Origin: Dicyema japonicum
Lineage: Eukaryota; Animalia; Dicyemida
Length of the DNA stretch: 64,000 nt
NCBI GenBank assembly: GCA_011109175.1
Contig: RDEW01000016.1
Location: 672,537 to 736,536 of the forward strand
Direction of reading: 5' to 3'
Position 1 is the stretch's first letter, and each line of letters opens with the position of its first letter. The position numbers and the translations under genes are program-made. Positions 59,244-64,000 of this stretch are shown piece after piece. The notes under the pieces were generated by a model. That model was not told where the DNA came from and searched no databases. It worked only from the letters and a program-made list of their open reading frames with translations.

Positions 59244-62030
59244 TTATATAGAAGCTGCTCTGACTGCTTTGCTATTCCCTCTCAGGATAGCGAGATTCGT
59301 TCAAATAACCAACAGCGCTCACGAGGGTCTCCTTTTCGTGTAGCGATTCGATTCCCTAGACGACTAAAGAATTTCAGGTCGCAGGCGCAAGGGAACCAGA
59401 CGTCTCAACGGCGAGTGGAACAAACAAAAAATCATTGGACAGGAGCGCGTACTTTTCCCGCTTCATCTTCTCAGCCTTCTCAGCGGCAGAACAGGCTCCA
59501 GAGGCACTCTGGAGTAGGTTGCAAGAGGCAAATGTGTCGGTGCAGGTAACGTCCCAGACAAGAGGTTTCCCGGCTTCAAAAGGGAAGATTGTCATCCCAT
59601 CTGGTCGTTTCCCGTCCCGCCTGCAAAAGACGACAGGTTCGAGCATGGAGGGGTGTCCGGCGGCGTCCAAAGCTCGCCTAACGACTTCGTTCAAGGCCAT
59701 GTGTTTGGAAAATCTGCCTGCACTCTTCCTGCAGGAGAGAGGGTGTAGGCCAAAACAGTCGATCTTGTCTCCGCATCGGCACGGATGTGGAACACAGACT
59801 TTTAATCCCAGTCGCAATGAGATCCCAATACGGACGCATTCATCATCCAGGAAGGTACCCAGAACTCCATTGGGAATGGCGTTGGGTCAAGCACCGCTCT
59901 CGGAAGACGCCCCCGACATCAAACAGGCACGGCGATGTTGGCTAGATGACACTAGCAAATCTTTAAAAGAATTCCAGCATACAGCATCGTCTAAGCCCCG
60001 CTGAGAGAACGAGGAAAGCAGGGAAAGCTGATAAGTTCGACTCCAGGCCTCACGAGCATGGCCGGCGTCTTTGTCAATAGAGAATTCAGGTATAGAGTGT
60101 AGAATCCTCTTGACATGGGAGTTACAGGCCACTAGCGATGATAGGTATGAAGGTAGAGAAAGGTCCACAGGGTTCCGAATTCCAAGTCCTCCGAGTCTCA
60201 CTGGCAGCGTGGCTTGCTTCCATGAGTAATCCTCGAACCGGACGTTGAAGATACGTTCCGCTGTCGTACGGAAGATCTCGTTAATCTGTGCGAGTTGGTC
60301 ACACTGGGTGAAATAGGGAGCAGTCCTCAGGACATATGCAAGCCTCTGTACGTTGAGACTGTTTTTTCAGGAGGAATAATGCTGTATGCATGTCAAGTAG
60401 ACACAAGCGGTTCAGAGTCTCTCCGAGTAACAGTCGTTTTTCACGTATAGCTCTTCCCATTGCATTTATGGTGATCGGAGGAATATAAGTTCTTCATCGA
60501 GTGTGGAAATACTTCCAGGTAGTAAATTTCCGAAACATGACAAAACTTTTGAATACTTCTCTTCTGAAAGTCCTCAATTGTAGATTTCGCATTTAGTGTA
60601 ATTTAATTCCAGTCCAGCCTCCAACAATGCTGGAATTATCACTTCCAAATCCCGGAAAACAGTATCCGGGGGTCCTCTGAAGACTGCATCATCCAGATAC
60701 CATAGGTTGAGGGGCGAGCACGGAAGTTTGGTGATTTTCTCTATTGCAAGACAAAACAATAGGGGTCCAAGGGGATCTCCCTGTTGCACTCCAGAATACG
60801 AATGGATTAGGTAGTCCCCGAAAAGTAAGGATGAAGGTAGACTGTATGACTGATTCACAAATTCGAAAATATTAGGGCATCTCTCAACACACGCCTCCAG
60901 GATATTGTCCCTCCTTAGACTATTGAAGGCGTTCTTGATGTCCAGTTTGACCAGGACATGTCCCCGGGAATCTTCTATACTGTGGTTTAAGAATGTCCTC
61001 ACTGAATGGACAGCGGCCTCGCATCCCAAGTGAATACCTACGCCTACTTGAGGGAGGTTCAAGAATTTTGTGACGAGTGGAATAGAATGTCTGGAGGAAA
61101 TTTTAGTAGCCAGTCTTCTGAAGACAAACCCGACCGCAACTGGTCGTACTCCGCCTTCCTTCTTATCAAAGGCTATCAAATTGGCGGGGAACAGAACATG
61201 GCGGATAACTTCGGGAAGAACTCCAAACAGGATCCGATTCATAAGTAAAGTAATTGAATTCGTAAGACGAAGTCCCAGGTCTCCTACGGACAAAGAGGTC
61301 AGATTCTTCAGGTAGCCAGGTCTCATTCCGTCGAGCCCCCCACTGCTACTAGGGGCAAAATTCCGTATTATGAGGAGAACATCATCGTTTGATGCAATCA
61401 GGGGACTCACTCCGGATGGGGGAGCGACTTGGCGTAGGTTTTGAGGTGGCAGTGGATGCTTGTTCAGTAAAATATTGTAGCCGTCCGGAGTCGGTTTTCG
61501 TGGTCCACTCGAGGAAAGTGCCCTGATGGCTGCGCGGGTGCCACCTTCGATTAACTTCGACCGGACAGTTCTCTTGAGACGGAGCACTTCGACTTCCTCG
61601 TTCTGACCACGTGTCTCCCTCGTACGGTTAAAAGCCATGGGACAACTGGGGATGTGGATACCTCCCAAAAAAGAACGAATGTTGGTCCTTATAGTGGTAG
61701 CGAGAGACTCCTTTCCTTTACCATCTCGATCAAGTCTCAGGTACAAAACTGAATAAGCGCATCCAATCATGTCTGCGTTAGTCCGTAGGGCATCTTCGAT
61801 CGTTTTGGAAAGAGCCTCCGCAGCAACAAGTCACACGGTCTTGGGATTCCTCACAGGGATAGTCCGTGAAGAACGTAATTCAGAGATGAGACGTAGGAAT
61901 GTTTCAGGGTCCGTAGTTGATGGGTAATTAACGGGAGAGTTAACATTGGCACGGGCACGGAGAACCTCCCTGCATAGGCCGAGGCATGACTGGCTGTGCC
62001 ATACTCCAAGCACGCTTGCTACGGCTTGGG
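59244..62030 (-). mobile_element. near full-length degenerate CRE-clade RLE retrotransposon
   Basis: RT ORF 60574-61770 (VRPVAVG, KLDIKNAFNS, GVQQGDPLGP, WYLDD); LGGLGIR; CRCGDKID..H..SC; KRPDGMTIFPF..WDVTCTDT..KY..FVPLAVETSG. Confidence 0.93.
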
Positions 62031-62529
62031 ATACTTACCATTAGGATTTATCTCAGTTGCACAGCAGAATCCTGCGATTGCAGTACCATTAGAATTTTTC
62101 TTCCCTCTATTATGGGTTCAGATGAAGCTTTCGTCCGTACTACGTGTTATAACTTTTGCGTTCCGGTCACCGGCAAAAAAAACGAGAAGGCGAATATCAT
62201 CCATTGGTTATCGCGAGTTCCGTGTAGAAATTTTCAACTTCATCTGGACACTTCATTGCTATGCCCATTGTCAACCCTAACCCTAAAGCGTTAATATGCG
62301 TTAATAATGTCTGCATTCTAGTTCTAGCAGTATAACTGCTCCCACGACTTCAAGTCTCCTTTTTTACTTTTTTTCCTAAAGACAGGCTACAAAAACTTCA
62401 TAACGACTAAGGTCCTCAGTCAGTTGTGTCCTCTACAGTGACTCGCAATTCCTCTCACATTGAATTTTATTAAAACGAATTCTCCAGGTGTGTATTAGAC
62501 ATAGTGCAAAAGATGGACTCACCACCTCA

Positions 62530-63420
62530 ACCAACTTTTAAACTATGAAAAAGTCATGGAATGATCAAGAGGAAATAAAACAAACACAACTCTGGAAGAT
62601 AGGTGGTGGAAAGTCTGAAGACAAATAGCGTCACTTGCAAGAGATTCGCCATTAAAGTGGACGTCTTAGTCTTAATGTTGGACGTGAGAGGCCCACCAAG
62701 TTAGGCTTGGGCTGCAATAACTAATGAACTTGGAAATATTTTTTGGTATCTGTTGAAAATGTCTCAAGAAAGTCACAATTGACTCGTCTATATGATAAAC
62801 AAATAGACTTGCTAACGAGAACACAAAAAAAATTGAGACTTTGGGCTGAGAATACAAAATGTCCAAAAAAAGAAAATGCTGGAACCCCACAAGGGGATAC
62901 TCTATCTCCTGTAATCTTTATCATCTACCTGGAGGCTGCTCTGAGAGATCTAAGAGAACAAATTGGATTTCTAGACAGCCACTTTATGGAACTCATTTAC
63001 GCAGATTACGCATATTTAGTCGCTGAAGATCGGGAATTTGTAGACGTTATTATGGAAAAAGCAACAACATTTTTAAGTAAATGATCCCTCAAAATCAATG
63101 AAGACAAAACTGAAATAACCACTATTGAAAGAACGCCAACCCGCGTTGAGGAGAAGTGGAAGAACACCCGAAAACTCGGATCGTTACGAAAGATATTGGC
63201 CACAATAACACTTAAAAAATTACAATCCGTTTTGATGAGAATCAAATTTCTACTAAGATGCGGTTACGCTTATATAATGGATTTGTCCGACCAGTCATCA
63301 TGTACAACGCAGGTACTTGGGGAACATCAAAAAAAGATATGGAACAACTTGACTTTTTTCACAAAGGCCAACTAAGAAAACTCCTTGGATGCTCTTGGCC
63401 AGAGAAAATCTTAAACAATA
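62530..63420 (+). mobile_element. short RTE-like LINE, degenerate RT
   Basis: GTPQGDTLSPVIFIIYLE, LIYADY, RLYNGFVRPVIMYNAGTWG. Confidence 0.8.
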
Positions 63421-63485
63421 AATTATACAAACTGACTGATTATTATTATTATAAGCAACTACATAGAATCATATAAACTATAATT

Positions 63486-64000
63486 CTATTCGTGCCGCGT
63501 CTGAACAATCCTCTTAATTAGCCTTTCCCATCCCCTCCTGTCCGATGCCAAGTGCCGCAGACTACTAAGGTCTTCACCGTCCTTTAGTAGTCTGGTTACT
63601 GATCTCAGGTCACCATTAAGGACTTCCGGAAGAGTTATTCTTGGACGACCTCTGAACTTCTCCCCTGACGTATCGAAGTATTCTTCCATGACGACGTTTG
63701 CTGGCGTGTCTTGTTCCAATCTGAGAATATGGCCAAACAATCTCCAGCGACCCTTCATGATCATGGTGCTCAGAGGTCCGGAACCGCATCTTCTATATAA
63801 ATTTTCACTCCCTACACGCATTGACCACTTTAGTCCCAAGAGAGACCGAAGTTGCCTTCTGTGAAAGGAGTCAAGGTTTTGTTCGTCCGTTTTCGAAATT
63901 CCCCACGTCCCAGAGTTGTATGTTAGTATGGGCCTCACGAACGCCTCATACAACCTGAGTCGGAGTGATGGCCCGACCGAGCATTTTCTTATCCAACATT
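63486..64000 (-). mobile_element. short RTE-like LINE 3' part (continues beyond the window)
   Basis: YEAFVRPILTYNSGTWG..LDSFHRRQLRSLLG..RWRLFGHILR..FRGRPR. Confidence 0.85.

Noticed and set aside
59435-61315. Plus-strand ORFs over the CRE element (and similar antisense ORFs over other transposons)
   Set aside because: Shadow ORFs of GC-richer retrotransposon coding sequence with no independent motifs
1-64000. CRISPR array, rRNA or bacterial operons
   Set aside because: No repeat-spacer pattern and no rRNA-like sequence; the genes are spliceosomal and eukaryotic

Overview
AT-rich eukaryotic (animal-like) scaffold with two N-gaps (14229-14321, 32037-33007) and one single N (17897). Small islands of host genes sit among decayed transposons. 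Host genes were rebuilt by hand by splicing out very short GT-AG introns (all I measured are 20-27 nt): Tctex1-type dynein light chain, V-ATPase c subunit (ATP6V0C), two diverged LAMP-like mucin/TM genes, PRMT9, a short SPIDR-like gene, ATPAF1, an unknown gene and PITRM1. Tiny introns at vertebrate-conserved positions suggest a dicyemid-like reduced parasite (inference only). Transposons include CRE-clade RLE retrotransposons (with an N-terminal PHD finger), R4/Dong-like RLE elements, RTE/BovB-like and short RTE-like LINEs, I-group (Ingi/Jockey-like) APE LINEs, hAT, MULE, an intact-ended Ginger2/TDD-like element and a tRNA-derived SINE with a TSD. The best leads are a 2A/StopGo motif (DVESNPGP) at a tight RT-2A-APE junction that looks like a circularly permuted or tandem LINE, PHD-CRE elements, a SINE/LINE pair, a 14-nt intergenic spacer and amino-acid-biased divergence of the LAMP-like paralogs. 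All family calls come from motif recognition by eye, not database searches, and transposon boundaries are approximate unless TIRs or TSDs are quoted.
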